DNA of 34,002 nt from Neoconidiobolus thromboides FSU 785 (lineage: Eukaryota; Fungi; Entomophthoromycota): contig MU626464.1 in NCBI GenBank assembly GCA_025603075.1, positions 1 to 34,002 of the forward strand, read 5' to 3'. A program made the translations under genes and the position numbers. Each line of letters opens with the position of its first letter. Position 1 is the first letter of the stretch. The notes beneath the pieces were generated by a model. The model was given only the letters and a program-made list of their open reading frames with translations. It was not told the DNA's origin and made no database searches. Positions 1 through 11,883 of the stretch are shown here, piece by piece.

Positions 1-804
1 AGGTGGTACATGAGGTACAATATCCTTGTTATTAGTAACTCTTGTAGATAATAAACTCAATGAATCAAACCAAGTAGCAAAATCGGAATTTCCTACTCTT
101 GGTTGTCCATAGGTGAATAATTGTATATTTCCCCATGAGAGTTGTTGAGATGCTTGAAGATCAATAGCAGCTAAATTTGCAATTGCACCGCCTAAAGAGT
201 GACCAGTGACAACTAATTTAAAACCTGGATTGTTCTTTAATAAATCTTTGACTACAGGTGTATAAACTAAACTAAGTGCATCCCTAGCTTGTTTAAAACC
301 AAGATGAACTTGAACTTTACTATTACCAGAAAACAAATCCACTTTATCTACTTTAACATTTTGTACCCAATTTTTAATATTTGATGTGCCTCTAAATGGA
401 ACAACAATAAACTTGTTAGTGGGATCAAGTCCAATATAACCTCTAGTCTCATATCTATTTTCATTGAACGCTTTAACTACCTTTAAACTACCACAATCCA
501 AACAGTGGTTTCAATTCCAATTAATCAAGGCAAAGTCACCACAATAAGCAGCACCGGGTAATCGTGCAATTCTTTTGGCAGTGACTTCATCGGAAATGAA
601 CAATCTATTTATTGGTGGCCCCTTAGTTTCTCTCACTGGGATGTCCTTGAAATCCTTAAAAACTTGGCTAAGATCATGAATCAAATTATTGAAGTAGAAA
701 TCAGAGGAAGCCAAAGTACAACTAAGCTTAGCTTTTTGCTGTAACACACCATTAATGGCGGAAAGATAAAAAAGAGAAGCCAACAAGATATTGTTTAATT
801 CCAT
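1..804 (-). pseudogene. Secreted class 3 (fungal-type) triacylglycerol lipase interrupted by one in-frame TGA at 511-513; 3' end runs off the window
   Basis: The frame of ORF 511..804 (signal-peptide-like N-terminus, AAYC) continues past the TGA with no further stop to base 1: WN*NHCLDCGSLKVVK...IVVPFRGT...VHLGF...VTGHSLGGAIA...LFTYGQPRVGN...RVTNNKDIVPHVPP. GHSLG (nucleophile) and DIVP (catalytic Asp) are hallmark lipase_3 motifs. No GT..AG intron brackets the stop. Confidence 0.85.
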
Positions 805-1115
805 ATTGAAATGTGTTTATAGTAATAAAATTAGCGCTTTATATCTATACTACTTTAGTTTATTATAACATATATATATGTCGATTCGAAATTGATTTGT
901 ATAAAATGCAAATGATAAACTTCTCCAACAACTCGATAATCAATTATGTAAAATTAAAAGATCAATGACAAAAATCTCAATAGTTAATGAATCAAGTGAT
1001 TCTGTAGTTACCATCTAGTTTTTTTATAGATAAATAAAATCAGCAATGACTATAACTAATCCTTTATATTTTATATAATAGCTTAGAATATTATAACAAC
1101 ACAATAAAAATATAT

Positions 1116-1213
1116 AGAGTATATTTTTGTATTTAAGAATTTTACTACCAATTTTTCTACTCAAATAGTGCTTGAAAGGTGGAAAAAGTAATGGAGCCAA
1201 AAAAAACATCACC
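1116..1213 (+). mobile_element. MITE type A, copy 1
   Basis: Matches the repeat core TTTAAGAATTTTACTACCAATTTTTCTACTCAAATAGTGCTT...AAAAAACATCACC; flanked by ATAT on both sides; left end degenerate. Confidence 0.8.
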
Positions 1214-1602
1214 ATATAATATTATACTATAATTATTTGAGCGTCGATGTCTTTTATTTAATTGTCTTAAAATATAAGCTCAGGCGAACATGATAGAAAC
1301 AATTTCAAGTCCGAATGTTGTAGAAGCACCTTATAAGCTGAAAACATAAATTTAGAATTGGACACCGCATGTTTTAGTGTTAATTACATATCTGATATTT
1401 GATATATAAGTGGTTATTTTATGCTTACACATTAACAAACTCCTATTGAACATGAGAAATTATTCTTTTGATTATTTGAGGAATTATATTTTAATTTCTC
1501 TTACTGTAACTATATAGTTTTGGTGCTTTTTTTATTCTGTTTTAAAGCCATTTAAATTTAATGAAACATATTAGACGTTGCAAACATTCTAAATATAATT
1601 AT

Positions 1603-1691
1603 AAAGATGTCTTTTTTATTTCAGCATTTCACTGACAGTTTATCAGATGTTGACATTGCGTAAAAGGAGATCAAAAAAATAAAGCATTCCG
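1603..1691 (+). mobile_element. MITE type B, copy 1
   Basis: Shares AAGATGTCTTTTTTATTTCA and the internal TTTATCAG..TTGACATTG segment with 11285-11375; ends in AAAGCATTCCG followed by ATAT. Confidence 0.55.
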
Positions 1692-4600
1692 ATATACCAA
1701 CTTATAAAAAATAACTCTTTTATTGAATGCTAATGATCAAAAGTAGTAATGGGATTTTTATGGTTTCAACTTCAATTTAGTTAAAACTTCATAATTTATA
1801 TGAGTAAGTTTAAAACTCGATTAGAATTAAAAAACCCCAATTTTACTTTTTTTGCTCATTTCCTATGTAACATGAACTTTTTAAAAGCTATTAAATGAAA
1901 CCAAACAAAGAAACATTCTATGAATATTTTGAAATTAAGCAACATTTGTAGCGTTTAGTACTTAATTTACGATTTTTGCTAAAAATCAAAATTGTAAAAG
2001 TTTGAATCAGCTTTTAAACCAGTCCCTATTAATTATTTTAGTATCAAATTAAATACTGTTTTATAAAATTTCAAAGTACAATAAATTACATTTAATAAAC
2101 AAGGCACTTTAATCTATTAAATTTTATTAATTACTCATAAAAAATCTCAGTTTTTTATAGAACTCTTTTATAATAATATGATAAAAGGTGAATTGATAAA
2201 GCTTAAAAATATTGAAATTATCTATAGTTGGCAATCAGTATTGTAATTTATTTGTAGAAAAATTATGTGGGATTTATAGCAGAATTTAAACTAAGAATAG
2301 GTATGATAAGCTTTCAGATAGGAAGCTCTTTTGTTACTGGATTCATATTAGAACTGATGCAGGAGATAAGATGAGTTTATAGTAAAGCTTGTGTGGAATA
2401 TACAACCTAATCTCTTAAGATAGCTTATAAATACAGATTATCTTATTTAAAGATAAAACCAGGGTATTAACAGCATTGAGACATAAAGACCACTCTATTC
2501 GCAAAGGGAGAACAAGATATGGTTTGGAGAAAAGACGATTTGGTATCAGAAAACTGTACTTCAATATAGTAATAGGCATATAGTTAATGATTTTATTATT
2601 TTTAATATAATACTCTAAAAATAGGTTTGATTAAAATAGACTCTTTATTTGCTTTATTGACCTTTTTTTTTCGATTCTTGTTTTATATTATTAAACGCTT
2701 AATTAATTTATTTAATTAATCTAATTATTGCTTATTGCTACTTTTCTATCTATTGCCTAAACAATTCATTTCATTGATTTAGTAAATTGATCAGTAATGC
2801 TTATTTAGATATTTATTGAGTATAATCTGATTAACAAATAAAGTATTTATTTGAATTGAAAGTTTATCTCATCTGAAAGCAAACCAAAAATAAATTGTAG
2901 TAAAAAAGTAACTATAATAACCTCAAGATGAATGCCTATTGAACAAATACAGGAATAGAGTCTCATGTTAATTAGCTTTTGTTTGGACTTTTGTATAGCA
3001 CATTTATATTTTATAGGAACTTGCCTTTTATAACCACTTTAATCTATCATATCATATTAACATATCCCTTCGTTCTAGTCAAATATTAAATTGTTCCACT
3101 GCCTCTGCTAGATTTCCAAATGGCAGTTCTAACTCCTTTCAATTGAATTACTTTATTTATTCAAACATCTAATAAATGTAATTTAATCTTTTATTACTAT
3201 TTTAGTTTCTATAACATTTAAATATAAATAAACAATTTCTTCCTAAAAATTAAATACTCAATTATAAATATTCAAAGGATCACTGATAACTTTAAATTAG
3301 TCTTAAAGCTAGTAGCTACTATATGAAAACATAACATTAAACATCTGACTATTGATTTGCGTTTACAATTCAATAAGTAAATTACATATTATCAAATTGT
3401 AGGATCTAGATATTAAATCGATAACAATGGATAGCTCATTTAAATTGTTTTTATTGCTGATGTCTATATTTATAGCTCCAAATGATAGTTGATAAACAAT
3501 AAAATTAAAATTCCAATTCAGCTCATTAAATTCAAGCTTTAACTATTCACACAAGGCCACTAATCACCAACTAAATAACTGGAATAACCCAAAAAGACCC
3601 GTTTAGCCAATATAAGTGAAAGGAAGCTAATGTCTAGTCTAAAAATAATGTAAGACTTAGGAGAATGGGATCTCAGCAAGAGTTGTTTAAATCATAAAAT
3701 TTTCATTTAATTATATTGAACAATTAAAAAGTATTAACCTATGTACAACAGTTAATGGAAAAAGATGAGCAGATGAGTAAAAGATCCTTGACTGAAATGA
3801 TCAATAGTGATAACGAATATATTATTTGATTGCCTAAAGACAGTCAATAGCATTTTGTTGATAGTTTATAATCTAATAAGTGCAAAATGTTACTGTTAGT
3901 TACTTTTGGGATATTTTTATTTTAAGCTTTCTAAGTCTAGTTTTAGGCATTCAGAGTCTATCTACTACCAAAACAGTATTTAACACCAAAGTACCAAAAG
4001 CGCTTAGTACTGATCAAAAATTTGAGCTACAAAAAAGTAACTATTTTTTTAACTGAATACAAATGAGAGGAAAATGCCTACTCACACAAATTCGATTATC
4101 TTGTGATAAAAATATGCGAAGTTATGGGGTGCCACAGTCGATCTTATTTATATTTAGAAGCAAAGAAAAATGCCTTAAAGTTCGCACATATTTGTAACTA
4201 AACACTCCTACTAACAAAGGCTTTCCAAAAAAAGATTGAGTACATATAAATGTAACATTTACTGCCTTACTTGTCTAAAAATTATGAGATCCGTGAATTC
4301 TATTTTTGTACTTATTTCAAGTAGCCCAATATGATTAAGTTGGATGTTTCATTAAAGTTAAGTAAGTTTAATCATATTAATCTATTATTCAATTATGTTG
4401 AGTAACAATGTAAATTTATAGTGATAAATCCGATAGCGTTAGAAGAACTTAAGGTTTAATTAACGAACTTTATAGTACATAGAACTATTGATTTATACTA
4501 TTAATATTATTCATAGATTTTGTTTTTACTTGTTTTAATGCTATTCATATATATTATTGCTATATCAATACAAACGACATTATTTGCTACAATATGCGTC

Positions 4601-5604
4601 ATTTTTAATTCGTGTAATATTTTTATTTACCACCATTTTTGAGCCTTAGTATACATCAAAGCTTTTAGTTAAATCATAATATAAATATATGTTTTACCCT
4701 GTTAATTATACAATACCAAATTTCTAGAATAAACGGATACTTTTTCATATATCATTCTATTTATTTATAGACAAAACATAAGGACCAAGTGTGAGTCTAG
4801 GAGCTCTTATATAACGGTGGTTCCTATATAAGGATTAACTATTAGGAGATTATAACGTGAACTTAATTAAACTATGGTGACTTAGTTATAATTATCTCAA
4901 CAATAATTTGGCCGAGTATCTTATTCGCAATCTTGGAACACAGATAAAAAAATACATTTAAAATTCACTTATAGTGACCCTTATTACATTCATGTATTGA
5001 TAGAAACTCTTTGGGAATAATTTTTTGCCAAACTTTTGCTGTCACTATTAACTTAATAATTACTTTGAATTGACTATAGAAAGATATTTTAGTTAGAACT
5101 CGCTATTATTGGATTTTCTATTAAAAAACCTCAGAACCAATTGTGGAAGTTTTCAACAATTTAAATAATATATGTTTAATACAGAAAACCTACTTTTACT
5201 AATAACACGAATGATTTATAATACGAGATGACTAAAACAACATAACATCTGTATATGCGAAAAGTAAATAGGCAGGTAGTTAAAAATGTATAATTATTTT
5301 ATAAATTGAATTAAATTTAACAAATTAAACCAGATTGTACTTTCGCGATTTTATAAATGGAAATACGGTAATTGTGAAACTCTAAAAAGGGATTAATAAA
5401 TTAATTAGTGTTTTTTTACGTTGTAAGAGAAAGCTAATCTATAAAGTTGAAATTTATTTTTAGAAGTATGTGGCTAGATAACCAACTAAAATAACTAGAA
5501 CTGATGAGGAAAAACTTTGGATAAATTTGGTATTTCGAGAAATTTTAAACTACATGTGACCTTGAGAATTGGCTTCTGTTAATGTACTTGGTATAAAATG
5601 TAAG

Positions 5605-5613
5605 TATATAAAG
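5605..5613 (+). promoter_or_regulatory. Candidate TATA box of HTH paralogue 1
   Basis: TATATAAAG 41-49 nt upstream of the ATG at 5654. Similarly placed TATA words occur at 11067-11074 (-), 16565-16571, 19663-19670, 31327-31336 and about 33442. The AT-rich background weakens this. Confidence 0.35.
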
Positions 5614-5653
5614 ATTTTGTTGTCCATTAATTTATCTACCAATTTTTGTTAAA

Positions 5654-6367
5654 ATGAATGCAGCTTTGAGTAAACGTAGAGTGTTGGATATCAAAACCAA
5701 AAAGAACATAATAGAAAAAAGTGAGCTTGGTTTATCTCATCAAAAGATTGCGGATATGTATAATATAGGCCGTAGTACAGTAACTAAGATCATCCAAAGA
5801 AAGCAGTATATACTTAGTAGCACAATAGCTGAATACAGATCCAGTAGAAAACGTATTCGAAAAACAGAGCATGATTTACTTGAGAAAAAATTGCTAGAAC
5901 TTTGCTTTGATTTTAACGATGGAAGATCTTTAATTAAACCTGGAGTAGATGCTGAAAAGATTATAGCTAAAGCTAATGAACTTGCGGTTGAATTTGGGTA
6001 TTGGAATTTTGTTGGTGATTTGACATGGGCTGGTAGGTTCCGTAGGAAATATAATTTAAATTTCAAAATAAGTAAGAAGAAATTAAATAATAACCCTGTT
6101 GTAACAAGCAATGTTACACCAGACATTACGAATAACCAGTCTCAAGCTAGCAGTTCTTTTGATTCCAAATCATACGATCCTACTTTAATTGGGTATAATA
6201 ATAATAATTTGTTTGATGCTGCGTATTTTAATTTTCCTTCTATTGAACCTTCCTTTTCTTCTTCCCCATTGCTTTATTCTCAACACTCACCATCGTTTGA
6301 ACATAATTTTATGTTTGATCAATATTGTCAGGAGATTTACTATCCTTTACCACATTACTATAATTAA
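5654..6367 (+). CDS. CENP-B/pogo-type double HTH DNA-binding protein without DDE domain, paralogue 1 (237 aa)
   Basis: RRVLDIKTKKNII..SHQKIADMYNIGRSTVTKI (psq/CENP-B_N-like HTH), RKRIR linker, LEKKL..IIAKANELA..W..RFRRKY (Tc5-type HTH), then a Ser/Pro/Asn/Tyr-rich tail. Confidence 0.9.
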   Translation: MNAALSKRRVLDIKTKKNIIEKSELGLSHQKIADMYNIGRSTVTKIIQRKQYILSSTIAEYRSSRKRIRKTEHDLLEKKLLELCFDFNDGRSLIKPGVDAEKIIAKANELAVEFGYWNFVGDLTWAGRFRRKYNLNFKISKKKLNNNPVVTSNVTPDITNNQSQASSSFDSKSYDPTLIGYNNNNLFDAAYFNFPSIEPSFSSSPLLYSQHSPSFEHNFMFDQYCQEIYYPLPHYYN

Positions 6368-7516
6368 TTTATATGAAATTAGATCTTTTTGTTTGTAACA
6401 TAACTATTAAAATATTGAATATTAAAACTTTGAATTTCATTTTTTATTTTGAAAGTTTTTATTTTAGCTTATAGTATCTTTTATAATATGACTATAAAGT
6501 TTGAAGAGAATATGGTAATGCATACAACAAAAGTCGTCATTTATTATCTTAATATTTATTGATTTTATTCTTTTTAAAATGTGATAGGATAAAAGTAAAT
6601 GTGAAATTTGTGAGGGAAGTGTAAAATAAATTTTATATTTAAAATCGGACATAATAAACAAAATTTAGAATTTAAATTAATCATACTAAACTTAACAAGG
6701 ATACGGGTGAGTTAAAAACCTGATTAAAATTTAAAAAAATCATCAGCTTGAGAGTTATGATTGAAGTTACAAAAATTGCGTGACTAATTTAAAAAAAAAG
6801 TAAAAAGCGACTTTTTATATATTTATGGCTAGCTTACACTTTTTATAAAATAGTAAATATGGAAAGTGGAACCTTAAGTTCAAATCAGATTTTATATGAT
6901 TGCGGTCACTTTTAATGGCATTTTTTCACTTAAAAATTAGCGATAGTATTCATTCTTTCTATTAAAATTAATTTTGTCATCATTTAATGAAACTGGTTTT
7001 CATTTTACAGCTTTCTTACTTTCAGCCTTTCTAACTTATATACTACAAAATAGTCTCTACTGGTTATTGAATGATAGGTATCAACTTGATAGTTTTTACT
7101 TAAAAATAACCCCTTAAAAGGACTTTATAGTTAAAGGTTAAACCAAAATAGCTATTGAACTATTATAAATAATGATAAGTAGATTTGTATAAGATCTTAA
7201 GGATAGTCTAGATGCTCCTTTCCAAACCAAATCTAACCATTTTATATTTTGAATACTAATTTATTAGAAAATTTTCATATTTTCCACTTTAAATTAAATA
7301 GAAAATGGTATTAAATCGCGGTCTACCCTTTTAGGACTTTTGAATAATAGACTATTTTAGGTAACTACATTAATTCTATTTAGTTATATAAATTGCAATT
7401 TTCAAAATGTTACAAAAAATTAAACTAATAGAAGCAAGTAATATTTATTCTAGAGCATTAAAATGTTAGCGCGATTTTATAAATAAACACTAAATATGGT
7501 AATTGATATTTCAAAT

Positions 7517-7539
7517 AATCCTGCTTGATAAGCAGGATT
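7517..7539. repeat. Perfect 10-bp inverted repeat with a 3-nt loop
   Basis: AATCCTGCTT-GAT-AAGCAGGATT read directly. Confidence 0.8.
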
Positions 7540-9299
7540 GAAGTAGCTACTTAATGAACATTGCGTTTTGGAACTTCACTTTACTTTTAAAAATGTCGTT
7601 TCTCATTCTCGTCATTAAAATTTTATTAGTTCCCATACTCATATCTTATTCGCTCCTCTTATTTGTATATCGCTTTATATGTCTTCCCTTTAACTTTATT
7701 TGATAATTAATAGTGAAATTCGATTCTACTATCGGTTCATCTTGAAACCATATATTTCTTAATAGCAAAATTAATTTTATTATGCTATGAAAAATAATCG
7801 TCATTTCAGTCCAAGTGTTATTGATGGAAATTGTAATACAAATGTGATTATGTTTGAAAATCGAAATCGCTGTTAATTTTATAGCTTTGTCAAACAGGAA
7901 TCTTATAATCAGCTATTTTGAATATAATGAGCTAATATTTTGACGAAATACAAATGTACAAATAGTTGTTTACAACTTTTTAAAAAGTAAAATAAAGCTT
8001 ATAGACTATTTATTATGAAATTTGCAGCAATTTTTTCCAAAATGTGTCAGCTCAATAGATTAATAATGAGTTTGTTTGTATAAAAAAGAGCAGAAAGAAG
8101 GCAAACTTAATATAAAAGCAGAAATTTGAAATTCGATGAAGCAACCTATACACAAACTCAAAATCTAAAAAAGACCTGACTATAAATTCGAGCTGTATGG
8201 ATGTGACTTTTAGGCTATAAAAAAACAAACTTGGTTTTCAAGAAATAAATTAATAATAGAAATAAAGAGAAATACGGCTTCTGATTTTATACTACAAAGC
8301 GTTAAAGTTATGCGTATAATCCATAATCTGTAAATTATAACCAAAAGTAAAGATTAAAAAGCAAGAAGTTAAAAAGGAATTTAGACGAGTGTTTAATACT
8401 AGATTCAAACAAAAAGGCAAAAGAACTATAATGCATCGTATCTAATCCAGCCCTCTTAATTCATTTTTTGAGTTTACTTCAAGGGAAATTAATTTTTTTA
8501 CACTAAAACAAAAACTAGCAAATGTAAATATCTTTGATGTTTAAGGATCCTACCAACAGCTTTTTCGTTCAGCGTTGCTTAATAATTGGAAAAATAAAGG
8601 GAGCCAAAAGATTGATTCCCAGATTAACTTTTTATAAACTAGTAAATAATTTAGGAAAATTACATACAAGTTCTACATTCCAAAAAACTCAAAAAATGAC
8701 CAAACTATATTGTATTAAAAAATGTTAATCCTAAAAGCTGAGAAATTTTTGGTCAAGAAGCAGTTTTAATAATTTCAATAGCATCATCATACTTACTATG
8801 GCTCATATTCTCTTTCCAGGTAGAGGGGTACTCTTGATAGATAAATCCCTCCTCTCTTCTCCTTTTCCTAATACAAGTAATACAGAAAATGTGAATTCCT
8901 TGCACAAAACTCTTTTGATTATGTATATCGACTAGAACCATATTCATCAATCCCTTAAATCCACTCACATCCCATCTTTAGCCTTAATGAAAACTGGTAT
9001 AGATACGCAATTTTCAGAAAGCAACTTTGATAGTTGTTGAAATCGTTAGAAATTTAGTATACAATCAGTATCTAACAAGGACCTTTTAGTAATGAATGAG
9101 AAATTAATTATTAATACATACTTTCTTAAAAGGGTAATTCACAAATTATTTTGATATTCTATCTGATCTTGACTTTACATTTTAAATTTACTTTTATATT
9201 TCTTTAGACAGGTATTGGAACAGTTTTAGGAAAAACTAGTGAGTGACATAAAAGCTTAATATTATAATTTTGTATTAGGATCTAAATGATATCAGCAGT

Positions 9300-9860
9300 A
9301 AGTCCTTCGTTAATTTATCCGAAAATAGAGTAACCAAAAGGTTTTGGCTCATTAGGTCTACAATAACAAAATGACTGAACCATTTCGGAAGAACATGTTT
9401 ATTATGGACTTTTAGTTTCATTGTAATAAATACTTGTTCTTAAACACAAATTCTAGGCCAACCTAAAAATAATCTGCTCTTAAAGCAAATCGTAAGGTTC
9501 TAAAAATCAATAATTATAGTGCATGATGAAAAATAACTAGACATAATATACCGTCTGACTGAAACTTTTTCCAACCATCTAAAGATAAATTCATAATGTC
9601 TTTTCAGGAAATCAAATAAAAAAAGTACCATTGGATTTTTATAAAGCCCATCAAAACAGTATTGTATACATGAGACAGATACACTGCCACCTCTATTGAC
9701 CTCACCTATTGACCCCATATATATTAAATACATATGGCTTTTGCTTCAACCACTACATTATTTATTTGTAGTGTAAAGAGCAATTTCAGTTTATTTGTAT
9801 ACCAGCTTTAGAGCAAATTTGATGTTATTGTCTACAACTCTTATTATGGGTATTTATAAG
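9300..9860 (-). mobile_element. Possible heavily decayed Ty3/gypsy integrase relic
   Basis: Fragments across frames appear in the expected order: VDNNIKF, GSIGEVNR (GxxExxNR-like), YLSHVYNT, LPKWFSHFVIV (PKWxGPFxIV-like). Many stops. Confidence 0.3.
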
Positions 9861-10170
9861 TTGATAGCTAAGAGATTAAATTTTAAAGTGAATCGAGTAT
9901 AGTTAAAATAGCAATTTAAATCAAAAGACCACAAATTTTTTATGTACTGGTAATATTAGTGACGAACTTGTCCGATATAATATGCAAATACATAAGAAAC
10001 AGATTTAAATCACATTAAGTCGTTGAAAAATAATACTTAAAGTAAGTTATAAATTTAAAACAGAAAAAATTGTATAGTAGCAATCTCAAAAAAACCAAAT
10101 ATGTTAATCAGTTTTTATTAGTTTTATTTTTTAATGTTTTTACAAAATAACAAAGGGAAAACCAACTCTT

Positions 10171-11007
10171 CTAATTATAATTATTATAGAGGCCTAACTC
10201 AAGAAAGGAAGTGAGCTCAGACGTTGTTTGAGGAAATTGGTTATATTCTGGGATAGAAGGCGATGATATGCAATTAAATACGTCTAAAGAGTGAATTGAA
10301 GGAGATTCTGGGTTACAGTTATCCAGAGGGAGGAAAGGGTGATCAGGACCAGCACCCCAATTTATTGAAAAGTAAGAGAAGTTGTTAGAGTTCAATGGTG
10401 GAAAGTTTGGGATATAGTAATTTGAGCTGTTCAAATCCAAAGGGAATAACTCATTATTAAAACTAGAAGGATTCTGGATTGGCGATATACTATTGCTATT
10501 TGCTGTATATACAAATGGATTATACACTATGTTACTACTTACAATATTTGTGGGCGAGTAATCTACCTCGCTAGGAACTTCTTTTTTTGTCACTTTAAAG
10601 CCAAGTTGAAATCTCTTGCGGAACTTTAATAGCCAAGTATGAGTGGCCTCAAAGTTGCCTATATCCAATTCTTTGGCGATTTGATTTGCTTTATAGATGA
10701 TGTCATGTGGTTGAATTTGAATGCTATCATTGCTCTTTTCACTGTTGAAATCATTGTACCATTCTATAACTCTTTTTTCAATTATATCAAATTGATTTAT
10801 CCTGATTCTCTTCCTGTTATCATCATATTCACCAATAGTATTATTTAAAATCACATCTTTTCGTAATAGTATTTTGGTTACTGTACTACGTCCAATATTA
10901 AAACTCTCGGCTATCTTTTGATGTGAGTATCCACTTTTACTAAGCTCAATAATATCTTTTTTGGTTTTGATGTCTAAAACACGACGTTTGGACTGATTTG
11001 GCGACAT
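10171..11007 (-). CDS. CENP-B/pogo-type double HTH DNA-binding protein without DDE domain, paralogue 2 (278 aa)
   Basis: KRRVLDIKTKKDII..SHQKIAESFNIGRSTVTKI, RKRIR linker, IEKRVIEWY..IIYKANQIA..FEATHTWLLKFRKRF, then a Ser/Pro/Asn/aromatic tail. Confidence 0.9.
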   Translation of the reverse strand: MSPNQSKRRVLDIKTKKDIIELSKSGYSHQKIAESFNIGRSTVTKILLRKDVILNNTIGEYDDNRKRIRINQFDIIEKRVIEWYNDFNSEKSNDSIQIQPHDIIYKANQIAKELDIGNFEATHTWLLKFRKRFQLGFKVTKKEVPSEVDYSPTNIVSSNIVYNPFVYTANSNSISPIQNPSSFNNELFPLDLNSSNYYIPNFPPLNSNNFSYFSINWGAGPDHPFLPLDNCNPESPSIHSLDVFNCISSPSIPEYNQFPQTTSELTSFLELGLYNNYN

Positions 11008-11284
11008 AATAATTTATATTTAGTTAGTAATCTTTTGGATTTTGTTTTTTCGGGATTACTTCTCACCTTTTATACATTTTGAAATTAATCTATCTATTCC
11101 AAAAACGAAATCTATTCTCTTATTCGCGAGCCTCCATCTCGAGTTCCCTTTTATGAATATAAAAACCTTTGCTTACTATATTTATAAAAGTTCTTTAACA
11201 TTGTAAGAACAGTTTAAATCAAACTCCGTAATTTTAAGGTATAGTCAGGCTTGAAATTTTATGTTGATTCTATAAACAGTATAT

Positions 11285-11375
11285 GAAGATGTCTTTTTTA
11301 TTTCAATATTTAGTTTGCTGTTTTCAGTTTTACATTGTATAAATATATACAAGTAATGAACCAAAAGTCATTTCT
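11285..11375 (+). mobile_element. MITE type B, copy 2
   Basis: ATAT-GAAGATGTCTTTTTTATTTCA...AAGTAATGAACCAAAAGTCATTTCT-ATAT. Homologous to 1603-1691; its right end resembles type A (AAGTAATGAAGCCAAAA). Confidence 0.6.
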
Positions 11376-11775
11376 ATATTCTTTCTTCTATATTATTTAT
11401 TTGTGCTAACCAAAAGGTTCGCTTTTGTACATTTTTCTATTTAGCTTATTTTTTAGGTACCTGATTAATTTCTACTATGTAGTGCTAAAATTTTTCCAAT
11501 TTTGATTACCTTTTTAATCATACATTCTATATAATGCTTAATTGTTGGCGTTCTTTTAAGGTAAATATCATACTATAAATGGTACAAAGAACATACCTAG
11601 AACAATTAATATTTTTTATATATTAATTGTGTTTCAAAAATCAACAATGGTTTAATATAATCTTAAATAAACTTATCATTTATTTACTACATAAACTCAC
11701 ATTATAAGATATGGGTTTTTCAATCAAACAACTAAATCACAATAAAGCGTTACTTATAAATAGAATTATACATAT

Positions 11776-11883
11776 GAGGATGTATTTTTATGTTTAATAA
11801 TTTTACCAATAATTTTACTAATAATTTTTCCACTCAAATAGCGCTTAAAAATCGAAAAAGCAATGAAACTAAAAAACATTCTG
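11776..11883 (+). mobile_element. MITE type A, copy 2 (internal 12-nt tandem duplication)
   Basis: ATAT-GAGGATGTATTTTTATG...CCACTCAAATAGCGCTTAAAAAT...AAAAAACATTCTG-ATAT; contains AATTTTACCAAT AATTTTACTAAT in tandem. Confidence 0.85.

Noticed and set aside
1-804. Genome-wide UGA reassignment
   Set aside because: The 746-aa and 363-aa Cys-containing ORFs and the spliced genes contain no internal TGA; one case does not support a code change.
1024-1215. 63-aa ORF, and similarly ORF 20470..20661's first 17 codons
   Set aside because: They run through MITE sequence; chance open frames.
2280-2560. GC-richer patch with SDRKLFCYW...SLCGIYN, faintly like a LINE endonuclease
   Set aside because: Too few motif matches and too many stops to support any call.
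5740-6126. Antisense or overlapping ORFs on real genes (also 6189, 10639, 19791, 21979, 24872, 25247, 26453, 33632)
   Set aside because: Shadows of the true coding frame, with biased composition and no motifs.
8534-8968. ORF with GIHIFCITCIRK (RING-like) and YQEYPSTWKENM (faintly Erf4-like)
   Set aside because: The other RING ligands are missing, the frame is closed on both sides, and I could not build a splice model.
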